Below, piece after piece: positions 52,050 to 64,000 of a stretch of 64,000 bases of DNA (position 1 is the stretch's first letter; the number at the start of each line of letters is the position of its first letter). Under the pieces are notes generated by a model. It saw only the letters and a list, made by a program, of their open reading frames with translations, did not search any database and was not told the DNA's origin. Source of the stretch: Balanoglossus misakiensis (lineage: Eukaryota > Animalia > Hemichordata); assembly GCA_040954595.2 (NCBI GenBank), contig CM082579.2:1811908-1875907 (forward strand). Direction: 5' to 3'. Both the position numbers and the translations under genes were made by a program.

Positions 52050-52962
52050 AATACAGGTTTTTTCAGACATGTCATCTTTCGTCATTTTTCAATAAAAAAA
52101 TAAAAACATACACGTTGTACTGATAAACTGAGTGGTTTATTTCCGTACCGATCATCTTCAAGCGTGCGTATTTACTAGTAGTTAATACAGGTATTGTCAG
52201 AGTTGTCATCTTTCGTCATTTTTCAATAAAAAAATAAAAACATACACGTTGTACTGATAAACTGAGTGGTTTATTTCCGTACCGATCATCTTCAAGCGTG
52301 CGTATTTAGTAGTAGTTAATACAGGTATTGTCAGAGTTGTCATCTTTCGTCATTTTTCAATAAAAAAATAAAAACATACACGTTGTACTGATAAACTGAG
52401 TGGTTTATTTCCGTACCGATCATCTTCAAGCGTGCGTATTTACTAGTAGTTAATACAGGTATTGTCAGGGTTGTCATCTTTCGTCATTTTTCAATAAAAA
52501 AATAAAAACATACACGTTGTACTGATAAACTGAGTGGTTTATTTCCGTACCGATCATCTTCAAGCGTGCGTATTTAGTAGTAGTTAATACAGGTATTGTC
52601 AGAGTTGTCATCTTTCGTCATTTTTCAATAAAAAAATAAAAACATACACGTTGTACTGATAAACTGAGTGGTTTATTTCCGTACCGATCATCTTCAAGCG
52701 TGCGTATTTAGTAGTAGTTAATACAGGTATTGTCAGAGTTGTCATCTTTCGTCATTTTTCAATAAAAAATTAAAAACATACACGTTGTACTGATAAACTG
52801 AGTGGTTTATTTCCGTACCGATCATCTTCAAGCGTGCGTATTTAGTAGTAGTTAATACAGGTATTGTCAGAGTTGTCATCTTTCGTCATTTTTCAATAAA
52901 AAATTAAAAACATACACGTTGTACTGATAAACTGAGTGGTTTATTTCCGTACCGATCATCTT
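52050..52962. repeat. 134-bp tandem repeat, about 6.8 near-identical copies
   Basis: GTCATCTTTC recurs at 52071, 52205, 52339, 52473, 52607, 52741 and 52875. Confidence 0.97.
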
Positions 52963-53582
52963 GAATATTAGACATTCACTTTCATTTGCTTGTTTTGCAG
53001 ATGCAGAGACCAGAGTTTTTATCGCCATGCAGCGGTATAGCTGGGGAGGTAAGGGCAGGCATGTTCCGTGGCCGAACGATCGTGAATATTACATACATTC
53101 ACTTCATTTCCTTGTTTTGCAGATCCAGAGACGAGATCAACTCATAATAGTATTCATCAACAAAGCTGGGGCCTAAGCTACTAGTTGATTTCGCTATACA
53201 TAACAGCAGCAGCTGGCCTGTGCGGTAAGGGCAGTATCTTCAATGGCTGAACGATACTTTGTGGTACGGTGATCGCGGTAGACGTTTTCTTTCGTGTTCA
53301 TGAATATTCACTTTCATTTGCTTGTTTTGCAGATGCAGAGACCAGAGGTTTTTTTCGCCATGCAGCGGTATAGCTGTGGAGGTAAGGGCAGGTATGTTCC
53401 GTGGCCGAACGATCATGAATATTACATACGTTCATTTTATTTCCTTGATTTGCAGATCCAGAGACGAGATCAAGTTATAATGGTATTCATCAACAAAGCT
53501 GGGGCCTAAGTTACTTGTCTTTTCGCCATACAGCAGTACAGCTGGGTGCGGTAAGGGCAGTATCTTCAATGGCTAAACGAAG
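52963..53582 (+). repeat. Duplicated ~332-bp unit, each copy containing two splice-flanked mini-exons
   Basis: TTGCAG acceptors end at 53000, 53122, 53332 and 53455. GTAAGGGCAG donors start at 53049, 53225, 53382 and 53551. Confidence 0.8.
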
Positions 53583-54429
53583 ACCAGAGGTTTCAAGTAA
53601 GGTTTGACAAACGATATAGACATCAAAGCCCCTTATTTCATGCATGGTGGCCATTTTGAAGTGTTTTTTTTTCGATTCAGACTGATGCCTGCATGTAACA
53701 ATATGTGGATGTCAATTCAATGTTGTAAAATCGATCCGACTGCTAGGTGTGGCCAGTTTGTTATGGCACAAACATGTTCGCCATCTTTGTAGGACACATT
53801 CCGTTTACATACTTTTCTTTTATTCCAGAGATTCCATAGATGATGCTAAGATGATTGCCAGCCCGTGTGATTGATGTCCAGAGATTACCGTATGGTTGTG
53901 GGAAGGTAAGAATTGAGTGAACGAAATCTCTTTCGTTGTGGTAGAATTTAATCAAGTTGCCAAATAGAGAGTGACATTCTAGGCAGCCATACAGATTTGC
54001 ATGATGTACCTTGTGCGAATAAACAACAATTGGCGTACAGTGGTGATCATGCTTTCATGTCCATTGATATTATAGACATTCATTAATTTTCTACATTGCT
54101 TGTTTTGCAGATGCAAAGACCAGATGGGTATCCGGCAACCAAGCTTAGTACGAAGTGTGAATTTACCGCGATGCAGCTGTAACTGTTACTGGCAGTCTGC
54201 AGTGACCACCTAACATCCAATGACAATAGTATTTCCTCTGATGTTTACCAAGCTCATGACTTGATTGTGTATATTACAACTCATTGATTTTCTTTGCCTT
54301 TTTTATATTGTAAGTCCACAGATAACACTGTATACATGTATCCTCTTGTTTATGGTTTCAAAATTTTGAGATTAAAATTTTCGATGGACTAGATTAAACT
54401 GCAATACTTGTGTCTGTTTCATTTTATTA

Positions 54430-57400
54430 CCCCAAATTGAAAATTCGCAAAGTCGAAAAAGTGTCATTTTTAATTGATTTTCATGAGCTATATTTTGAAA
54501 TTCGCAAAGTCGAAAAATCGTCAATTTTGGATGATTTTCATGAGCTATAACCCATGGTTATTTTAAAAAAAATTGAGAAATTTCGATATTTCGCAAAGTC
54601 GAAAAATTGTCATTTTTTGATGATTTTCATGAGCTATAACCCATGATTTTTATCAAATAATGACCAAATTTTGAAAATTCGCACAGTCGAAAAATCGTCA
54701 ATTTTGCATGATTTTCTTGAGCTATAACCCATGATTTTTATCAAAAAATGACCAAGTTTTGAAAATTCGCAAAGTCGAAAAATCGTCGATTTTTGACGAT
54801 TTTCCTGAGCTATAACCCATGATTTTTTCAAAAAATGACCAAATTTCGAAAGTTCGCAAAGTCGAAAAATCGTCGATTTTTCACGATTTTCCTGAGCTAT
54901 AACCCATGATTTTTTCAAAAAAATGACCAAATTTCGAAAATTCGCAAAGTCGAAAAATCGTCGATTTTTGACGATTTTCCTGAGCTATAACCCATGGTTT
55001 TTTCAAAAAATGACCAAATTTCGAAAGTTCGCAAAGTCGAAAAATCGTCGATTTTTGACGATTTTCCTGAGCTATAACCCATGATTTTTTCAAAAAATGA
55101 CCAAATTTCGAAAGTTCGCAAAGTCGAAAAATCGTCGATTTTTGACGATTTTCCTGAGCTATAACGCATGATTTTTTCAAAAAATGACCAAATTTCGAAA
55201 GTTCGCAAAGTCGAAAAATCGTCGATTTTTCACGATTTTCCTGAGCTATAACCCATGATTTTTTCAAAAAATGACCAAATTTCGAAAGTTCGCAAAGTCG
55301 AAAAATCGTCGATTTTTGACGATTTTCCTGAGCTATAACCCATGATTTTTTCAAAAAATGACCAAAATTCGAAAATCCGCAAAGTCGAAAAATCGTCGAT
55401 TTTTGACGATTTTCCTGAGCTATAACCCATGATTTTTTCAAAAAATGACCAAATTTCGAAAGTTCGCAAAGTCGAAAAATCGTCGATTTTTGACGATTTT
55501 CCTGAGCTATAACCCATGATTTTTTCAAAAATTGACCAAATTTCGAAAGTTCGCAAAGTCTAAAAATCGTCGATTTTTGACGATTTTCCTGAGCTATAAC
55601 CCGTGATTTTTTCAAAAAATGACCAAATTTCGAAAATCCGCAAAGTCGAAAAATCGTCGATTTTTGACGATTTTCCTGAGCTATAACCCATGATTTTTTC
55701 AAAAAATGACCAAATTTCGAAAGTTCGCAAAGTCGAAAAATCGTCCATTTTTGACGATTTTCCTGAGCTATAACCCATGAGTTTTTCAAAAAATGACCAA
55801 ATTTCGAAAGTTCGCAAAGTCGAAAAATCGTCCATTTTTGACGATTTTCCTGAGCTATTACCCATGATTTTTTCAAAAAATGACCAAATTTCGAAAGTTC
55901 GCAAAGTCGAAAAATCGTCGATTTTTGACGATTTTCCTGAGCTATAACCCATGATTTTTTCAAAAAATGACCAAATTTCGAAAGTTCGCAAAGTCGAAAA
56001 ATCGTCGATTTTTGACGATTTTCCGAGCTATAACCCATGATTTTTTTCAAAAAATGACAAAATTTCGAAAATTCGCAAAGTCGAAAAATCGTCGATTTTT
56101 GACGATTTTCCTGAGCTATAACCTATGATTTTTTCAAAAAATGACCAAATTTCGAAAATCCGCAAAGTCGAAAAATCGTCGATTTTTGACGATTTTCCTG
56201 AGCTATAACCCATGATTTTTTCAAAAAATGACCAAATTTCGAAAGTTCGCAAAGTCGAAAAATCGTCGATTTTTGACGATTTTCCTGAGCTATAACCCAT
56301 GATTTTTTCAAAAAATGACCAAATTTCGAAAGTTCGCAAAGTCGAAAAATCGTCGATTTTTGACGATTTTCCGAGCTATAACCCATGATTTTTTTTCAAA
56401 AAATGACAAAATTTCGAAAATTCGCAAAGTCGAAAAATCGTCGATTTTTGACGATTTTCCTGAGCTATAACCCATGATTTTTTCAAAAAAATGACCAAAT
56501 TTCGAAAATTCGCAAAGTCGAAAAATCGTCGATTTTTGACGATTTTCCTGAGCTATAACCCATGGTTTTTTCAAAAAATGACCAAATTTCGAAAATTCGC
56601 AAAGTCGAAAAATCGTCGATTTTTGACGATTTTCCTGAGCTATAACCCATGATTTTTTCAAAAAATGACCAAATTTCGAAAATTCGCAAAGTCGAAAAAT
56701 CGTCGATTTTTGACGATTTTCCTGAGCTATAACCCATTATTTTTTCAAAAAATGACCAAATTTCGAAAGTTCGAAAAGTCGAAAAATCGTCGATTTTTGA
56801 CGATTTTCCTGAGCTATAACCCATGATTTTTTCAAAAAATGACCAAATTTCGAAATTCGCAAAGTCGAAAAATCATCGATTTTTGACGATTTTCCTGAGC
56901 TATAACCCATGATTTTTTTCAAAAAATGACCAAATTTTGAAAATTAGCAAAGTCGAAAAATCGTCGATTTTTGACGATTTTCCTGAGCTATAACCCATGG
57001 TTTTTTCAAAAAATGACCAAATTTCGAAAATTCGCAAAGTCGAAAAATCGTCGATTTTTGACGATTTTCCTGAGCTATAAGCCATGATTTTTTCAAAAAA
57101 TGACCAAATTTCGAAAATTCGCAAAGTCGAAAAATCGTCGATTTTTGACGATTTTCCTGAGCTATAACCCATGATTTTTTCAAAAAATGACCAAATTTCG
57201 AAAGTTCGCAAAGTCGAAAAATCGTCGATTTTTGACGATTTTCCTGAGCTATAACCCATGATTTTTTCAAAAAATGACCAAATTTCGAAATTCGCAAAGT
57301 CGAAAAATCATCGATTTTTGACGATTTTCCTGAGCTATAACCCATGATTTTTTTCAAAAAATGACCAAATTTCGAAAATTAGCAAAGTCGAAAAATCGTC

Positions 57401-58826
57401 GATTTTTGACGATTTTCCTGAGCTATAACCCATGATTTTGTCAAAAAATGACCAAATTTCGAAAGTTCGCAAAGTCGAAAAATCGTCGATTTTTGACGAT
57501 TTTCCTGAGCTATAACCCATGATTTTTTCAAAAAATGACCAAATTTCGAAAGTTCGCAAAGTCGAAAAATCGTCGATTTTTGACGATTTTCCTGAGCTAT
57601 AACCCATGATTTTTTCAAAAAATAACCAAATTTCGAAAGTTCGCAAAGTCGAAAAATCGTCGATTTTTGACGATTTTCCTGAGCTACAACCCATGGTTTT
57701 TTCAAAAAATGACCAAATTTCGAAAGTTCGCAAAGTCGAAAAATCGTCGGTTTTCACGATTTTCCTGAGCTATAACCCATGATTTTTTCAAAAAATGACC
57801 AAATTTCGAAAGTTCGCAAAGTCGAAAAATCGTCGATTTTTGACGATTTTCCTGAGCTATAACCCATGATTTTTTCAAAAAATGACCAAATATCGAAAGT
57901 TCGCAAAGTCGAAAAATCGTCGATTTTTGACGATTTTCCTGAGCTATAACCCATGATTTTTTCAAAAAATGACCAAATTTCGAAAGTTCGCAAAGTCGAA
58001 AAATCGTCGATTTTTGACGATTTTCCTGAGCTATAACCCATGATTTTTTCAAAAAATGACCAAATTTCGAAAGTTCGCAAAGTCGAAAAATCGTCGATTT
58101 TTGACGATTTTCCTGAGCTATAACCCATGATTTTTTCAAAAATGACCAAATTTCGAAAGTTCGCAAAGTCGAAAAATCGTCGATTTTTGACGATTTTCCT
58201 GAGCTATAACCCATGATTTTTTCAAAAAATGACCAAATTTCGAAAGTTCGCAAAGTCAAAAAATCGTCGATTTTTGACGATTTTCCTGAGCTATAACCCA
58301 TGATTTTTTCAAAAAATGACCAAATTTCGAAAGTTCGCAAGGTCGAAAAATCGTCGATTTTTGACGATTTTCCTGAGCTATAACCCATGATTTTTTCAAA
58401 AAATGACCAAATTTCGAAAGTTCGCAAAGTCGAAAAATCGTCGATTTTTGACGATTTTCCTGAGCTATAACCCATGATTTTTTTCAAAAAATGACCAAAT
58501 TTCGAAAATTAGCAAAGTCGAAAAATCGTCGATTTTTGACGATTTTCCTGAGCTATAACCCATGATTTTTTCAAAAAATGACCAAATTTCGAAAGTTCGC
58601 AAAGTCAAAAAATCGTCGATTTTTGACGATTTTCCTGAGCTACAACCCATGATTTTTTCAAAAAATGACCAAATTTCGAAAGTTCTCAAAGTCGAAAAAT
58701 CGTCGATATTTGACGATTTTCCTGAGCTATAACCCATGATTTTTTCAAAAAATGACCAAATTTCGAAAGTTCGCAAAGTCGAAAAATCGTCGATTTTTGA
58801 CGATTTTCCTGAGCTATAACCCATGA
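54430..58826 (-). repeat. 87-bp satellite array, minus orientation (~50 monomers)
   Basis: Same monomer as the left arm. Degenerate copies at 54430-54780, homogeneous afterwards. Confidence 0.97.
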
Positions 58827-58831
58827 TTCGT

Positions 58832-61800
58832 CAAAAATGGGTTATAGCTCAGGAAAATCGTCAAAAATCGTGAAAAATCGACGATTTTTCGACTTTGCGA
58901 ATTTTGGAAATTTGGTCATTTTTTGAAAAAATCATGGGTTATAGCTCAGGAAAATCGTGAAAAATCGACGATTTTTCGACTTTGCGAATTTTGGAAATTT
59001 GGTCATTTTTTGAAAAAATCATGGGTTATAGCTCAGGAAAATCGTGAAAAATCGACGATTTTTCGAGTTTGCGAATTTTGGAAATTTGGTCATTTTTTGA
59101 AAAAATCATGGGTTATAGCTCAGGAAAATCGTGAAAAATCGACGATTTTTCGACTTTGCGAATTTTCGAAATTTGGTCATTTTTTGAAAAAATCATGGGT
59201 TATAGCTCAGGAAATTCGTGAAAAATCGACGATTTTTCGACTTTGCGAACTTTCGAAATATGGTCATTTTCTGAAAAAATCATGGGTTATAGCTCAGGAA
59301 AATCGTGAATAATCGACGATTTTTCGACTTTGCGAACTTTCGAAATTTGGTCATTTTCTGAAAAAATCATGGGTTATAGCTCAGGAAAATCGTGAAAAAT
59401 CGACGATTTTTCGACTTTGCGAACTTTCGAAATTTGGTCATTTTCTGAAAAAATCATGGGTTATAGCTCAGGAAAATCGTGAAAAATCGACGATTTTTCG
59501 ACTTTGCGAACTTTGGAAATTTGGTCATTTTTTGAAAAAATCATGGGTTATAGCTCAGGAAAATCGTGAAAAATCGACGATTTTTCGACTTTGCGAATTT
59601 TGGAAATTTGGTCATTTTTTGAAAAAATCATGGGTTATAGCTCAGAAAAATCGTGAAAAATCGACGATTTTTCGACTTTGCGAATTTTGGAAATTTGGTA
59701 ATTTTTTGAAAAAATCATGGGTTATAGCGCAGGAAAGTCGTGAAAAATCGACGATTTTTCGACTTTGCGAACTTTCGAAATTTGGTCATTTTTGAAAAAA
59801 TCATGGGTTATAGCTCAGGAAAATCGTGAAAAATCGACGATTTTTCGACTTTGCGAACTTTCGAAATTTGGTCATTTTTTGAAAAAATCATGGGTTATAG
59901 CTCAGGAAAATCGTGAAAAATCGACGATTTTTCGACTTTGCGAACTTTCGAAATTTGGTCATTTTTTGAAAAAATCATGGGTTATAGCTCAGGAAAATCG
60001 TGAAAAATCGACGATTTTTCGACTTTGCGAACTTTCGAAATTTGGTCATTTTTTGAAAAAATCATGGGTTATAGCTCAGGAAAATCGTCAAAAATCGACG
60101 ATTTTTCGACTTTGCGAATTTTGGAAATTTGGTCATTTTTTGAAAAAGTCATGGGTTATAGCTCAGGAAAATCGTGAAAAATCGACGATTTTTCGACTTT
60201 GCGAATTTTGGAAATTTGGCCATTTTTTGAAAAAATCATGGGTTATAGCTCAGGAAAATCGTGAAAAATCGACGATTTTTCGACTTTGCGAACTTTGGAA
60301 ATTTGGTCATTTTTTGAAAAAATCATGGGTTATAGCTCAGGAAAATCGTGAAAAATCGACGATTTTTCGACTTTGCGAACTTTGGAAATTTGGTCATTTT
60401 TTGAAAAAATCATGGGTTATAGCTCAGGAAAATCGTGAAAAATCGACGATTTTTCGACTTTGCGAATTTTGGAAATTTGGTCATTTTTTGAAAAAGTCAT
60501 GGGTTATAGCTCAGGAAAATCGTGAAAAATCGACGATTTTTCGACTTTGCGAATTTTGGAAATTTGGTCATTTTTTGAAAAAATCATGGGTTATAGCTCA
60601 GGAAAATCGTGAAAAATCGACGATTTTTGGACTTTGCGAACTTTGGAAATTTGGTCATTTTTTGAAAAAGTCATGGGTTATAGCTCAGGAAAATCGTGAA
60701 AAATCGACGATTTTTCGACTTTGCGAATTTTGGAAATTTGGTCATTTTTTGAAAAAATCATGGGTTATAGCTCAGGAAAATCGTGAAAAATCGACGATTT
60801 TTCGACTTTGCGAACTTTGGAAATTTGGTCATTTTTTGAAAAAATCATGGGTTATAGCTCAGGAAAATCGTGAAAAATCGACGATTTTTCGACTTTGCGA
60901 ACTTTGGAAATTTGGTCATTTTTTTAAAAAATCATGGGTTATAGCTCAGGAAAATCGTGAAAAATCGACGATTTTTCGACTTTGCGAATTTTGGAAATTT
61001 GGTCATTTTTTGAAAAAATCATGGGTTATAGCTCAGGAAAATCGTGAAAAATCGACGATTTTTCGACTTTGCGAATTTTTGAAATTTGGTCATTTTTTGA
61101 AAGAATCATGGGTTATAGCTCAGGAAAATCGTGAATAATCGACGATTTTTCGACTTTGCGAACTTTCGAAATTTGGTCATTTTTTGAAAAAATCATGGGT
61201 TATAGCTCAGGAAAATCGTGAAAAATCGACGATTTTTCGACTTTGCGAACTTTGGAAATTTGGTCATTTTTTGAAAAAATCATGGGTTATAGCTCAGGAA
61301 AATCGTGAAAAATCGACGATTTTTCGACTTTGCGAACTTTGGAAATTTGGTCATTTTTTGAAAAAATCATGGGTTATAGCTCAGGAAAATCGTGAAAAAT
61401 CGACGATTTTTCGACTTTGCGAATTTTGGAAATTTGGTCATTTTTTGAAAAAATCATGGGTTATAGCTCAGGAAAATCGTGAAAAATCGACGATTTTTCG
61501 ACTTTGCGAACTTTCGAAATTTGGTCATTTTTTGAAAAAATCATGGGTTATAGCTCAGGAAAATCGTGAAAAATCGACGATTTTTCGACTTTGCGAACTT
61601 TCGAAATTTGGTCATTTTTTGAAAAAACCATGGCGATTTTTGGAGTTTGCGAATTTTGAAAATTTGGTCATTTTTTGAAAAAACCATGGGTTATAGCTCA
61701 GGAAAATCGTGAAAAATCGACGATTTTTGGAGTTTGCGAATTTTGAAAATTTGGTCATTTTTTGAAAAAACCATGGGTTATAGCTCAGGAAAATCGTGAA

Positions 61801-64000
61801 AAATCGACGATTTTTGGAGTTTGCGAATTTTGAAAATTTGGTCATTTTTTGAAAAAACCATGGGTTATAGCTCAGGAAAATCGTGAAAAATCGACGATTT
61901 TTGGAGTTTGCGAATTTTGAAAATTTGGTCATTTTTTGAAAAAACCATGGGTTATAGCTCAGGAAAATCGTGAAAAATCGACGATTTTTGGAGTTTGCGA
62001 ATTTTGAAAATTTGGTCATTTTTTGAAAAAACCATGGGTTATAGCTCAGGAAAATCGTGAAAAATCGACGATTTTTGGAGTTTGCGAATTTTGAAAATTT
62101 GGTCATTTTTTGAAAAAACCATGGGTTATAGCTCAGGAAAATCGTGAAAAATCGACGATTTTTGTAGTTTGCGAATTTTGAAAATTTGGTCATTTTTTGA
62201 AAAAAACCATGGGTTATAGCTCAGGAAAATCGTGAAAAATCGACGATTTTTGGAGTTTGCGAATTTTGAAAATTTGGTCATTTTTTGAAAAAACCATGGG
62301 TTATAGCTCAGGAAAATCGTGAAAAATCGACGATTTTTGGAGTTTGCGAATTTTGAAAATTTGGTCATTTTTTGAAAAAACCATGGGTTATAGCTCAGGA
62401 AAATCGTGAAAAATCGACGATTTTTGGAGTTTGCGAATTTTGAAAATTTGGTCATTTTTTGAAAAAACCATGGGTTATAGCTCAGGAAAATCGTGAAAAA
62501 TCGACGATTTTTGGAGTTTGCGAATTTTGAAAATTTGGTCATTTTTTGAAAAAACCATGGGTTATAGCTCAGGAAAATCGTGAAAAATCGACGATTTTTG
62601 GAGTTTGCGAATTTTGAAAATTTGGTCATTTTTTGAAAAAACCATGGGTTATAGCTCAGGAAAATCGTGAAAAATCGACGATTTTTGGAGTTTGCGAATT
62701 TTGAAAATTTGGTCATTTTTTGAAAAAACCATGGGTTATAGCTCAGGAAAATCGTGAAAAATCGACGATTTTTGTAGTTTGCGAATTTTGAAAATTTGGT
62801 CATTTTTTGAAAAAAACCATGGGTTATAGCTCAGGAAAATCGTGAAAAATCGACGATTTTTGGAGTTTGCGAATTTTGAAAATTTGGTCATTTTTTGAAA
62901 AAACCATGGGTTATAGCTCAGGAAAATCGTGAAAAATCGACGATTTTTGGAGTTTGCGAATTTTGAAAATTTGGTCATTTTTTGAAAAAACCATGGGTTA
63001 TAGCTCAGGAAAATCGTGAAAAATCGACGATTTTTGGAGTTTGCGAATTTTGAAAATTTGGTCATTTTTTGAAAAAACCATGGGTTATAGCTCAGGAAAA
63101 TCGTGAAAAATCGACGATTTTTGGAGTTTGCGAATTTTGAAAATTTGGTCATTTTTTGAAAAAACCATGGGTTATAGCTCAGGAAAATCGTGAAAAATCG
63201 ACGATTTTTGGAGTTTGCGAATTTTGAAAATTTGGTCATTTTTTGAAAAAACCATGGGTTATAGCTCAGGAAAATCGTGAAAAATCGACGATTTTTGGAG
63301 TTTGCGAATTTTGAAAATTTGGTCATTTTTTGAAAAAACCATGGGTTATAGCTCAGGAAAATCGTGAAAAATCGACGATTTTTGCAGTTTGCGAATTTTG
63401 AAAATTTGGTCATTTTTTGAAAAAACCATGGGTTATAGCTCAGGAAAATCGTGAAAAATCGACGATTTTTGCAGTTTGCGAATTTTGAAAATTTGGTCAT
63501 TTTTTGAAAAAAACCATGGGTTATAGCTCAGGAAAATCGTGAAAAATCGACGATTTTTGGAGTTTGCGAATTTTGAAAATTTGGTCATTTTTTGAAAAAA
63601 CCATGGGTTATAGCTCAGGAAAATCGTGAAAAATCGACGATTTTTGGAGTTTGCGAATTTTGAAAATTTGGTCATTTTTTGAAAAAACCATGGGTTATAG
63701 CTCAGGAAAATCGTGAAAAATCGACGATTTTTGGAGTTTGCGAATTTTGAAAATTTGGTCATTTTTTGAAAAAACCATGGGTTATAGCTCAGGAAAATCG
63801 TGAAAAATCGACGATTTTTGGAGTTTGCGAATTTTGAAAATTTGGTCATTTTTTGAAAAAACCATGGGTTATAGCTCAGGAAAATCGTGAAAAATCGACG
63901 ATTTTTGCAGTTTGCGAATTTTGAAAATTTGGTCATTTTTTGAAAAAACCATGGGTTATAGCTCAGGAAAATCGTGAAAAATTGACGATTTTTGCAGTTT
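58832..64000 (+). repeat. 87-bp satellite array, plus orientation (~59 monomers, runs off the window)
   Basis: Same monomer in two variant domains separated at ~61633. Confidence 0.97.

Larger units (their letters stand above)
48620..64000. mobile_element. Candidate non-autonomous Foldback-like element with satellite-built inverted arms (right end outside window)
   Basis: Mirror-symmetric arrangement of the arrays and reverse-complementary inversion junctions around a 4-kb core. No transposase and no target-site duplication can be verified here. Confidence 0.45.

Noticed and set aside
52050-52962. CRISPR-like array
   Set aside because: Whole units are repeated with no unique spacers, the context is eukaryotic, and there are no cas genes.
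50396-54430. Transposase, Helitron RepHel or reverse transcriptase in the core
   Set aside because: No ORF longer than ~110 aa and no recognisable catalytic motifs.
58800-58860. Inversion as a sequencing foldback artefact
   Set aside because: The two sides carry different diagnostic variants and the same junction recurs, inverted, at ~50262. An artefact is unlikely, though read-level confirmation is still needed.
49172-63936. Long repetitive ORFs (up to 457 aa, KKSWVIAQEN... and MTKFSKFAN...)
   Set aside because: The 87-bp unit is a multiple of 3 and lacks stops in some frames. ORFs occur on both strands in overlapping frames and break at single-base indels, so they are satellite artefacts.

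Overview
AT-rich, intron-rich animal genomic DNA with GT-AG introns; the gene content suggests a marine invertebrate (inference only). Positions 1-48.5 kb are gene-dense: a FAM47-family gene (+), two tandem UDP-glycosyltransferases (-), an atypical kinesin (-) head-to-head with PLRG1 (+), four tandem ASIC-like DEG/ENaC channels (+), and the 3' part of a GABA-B-like class C GPCR (-). From ~48.6 kb to the end, apparently inside an intron of that GPCR, is a structure of more than 15 kb built from an 87-bp satellite. The satellite switches orientation three times, and two switch points (~50262 and ~58825) are reverse complements of each other. This gives a mirror-symmetric, Foldback-transposon-like architecture around a 4-kb core. 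The core has promoter motifs, a hairpin, a 134-bp tandem array and repeated micro-exon cassettes, but no transposase or other long ORF. Exon boundaries were read by eye and may be off by a few bases.
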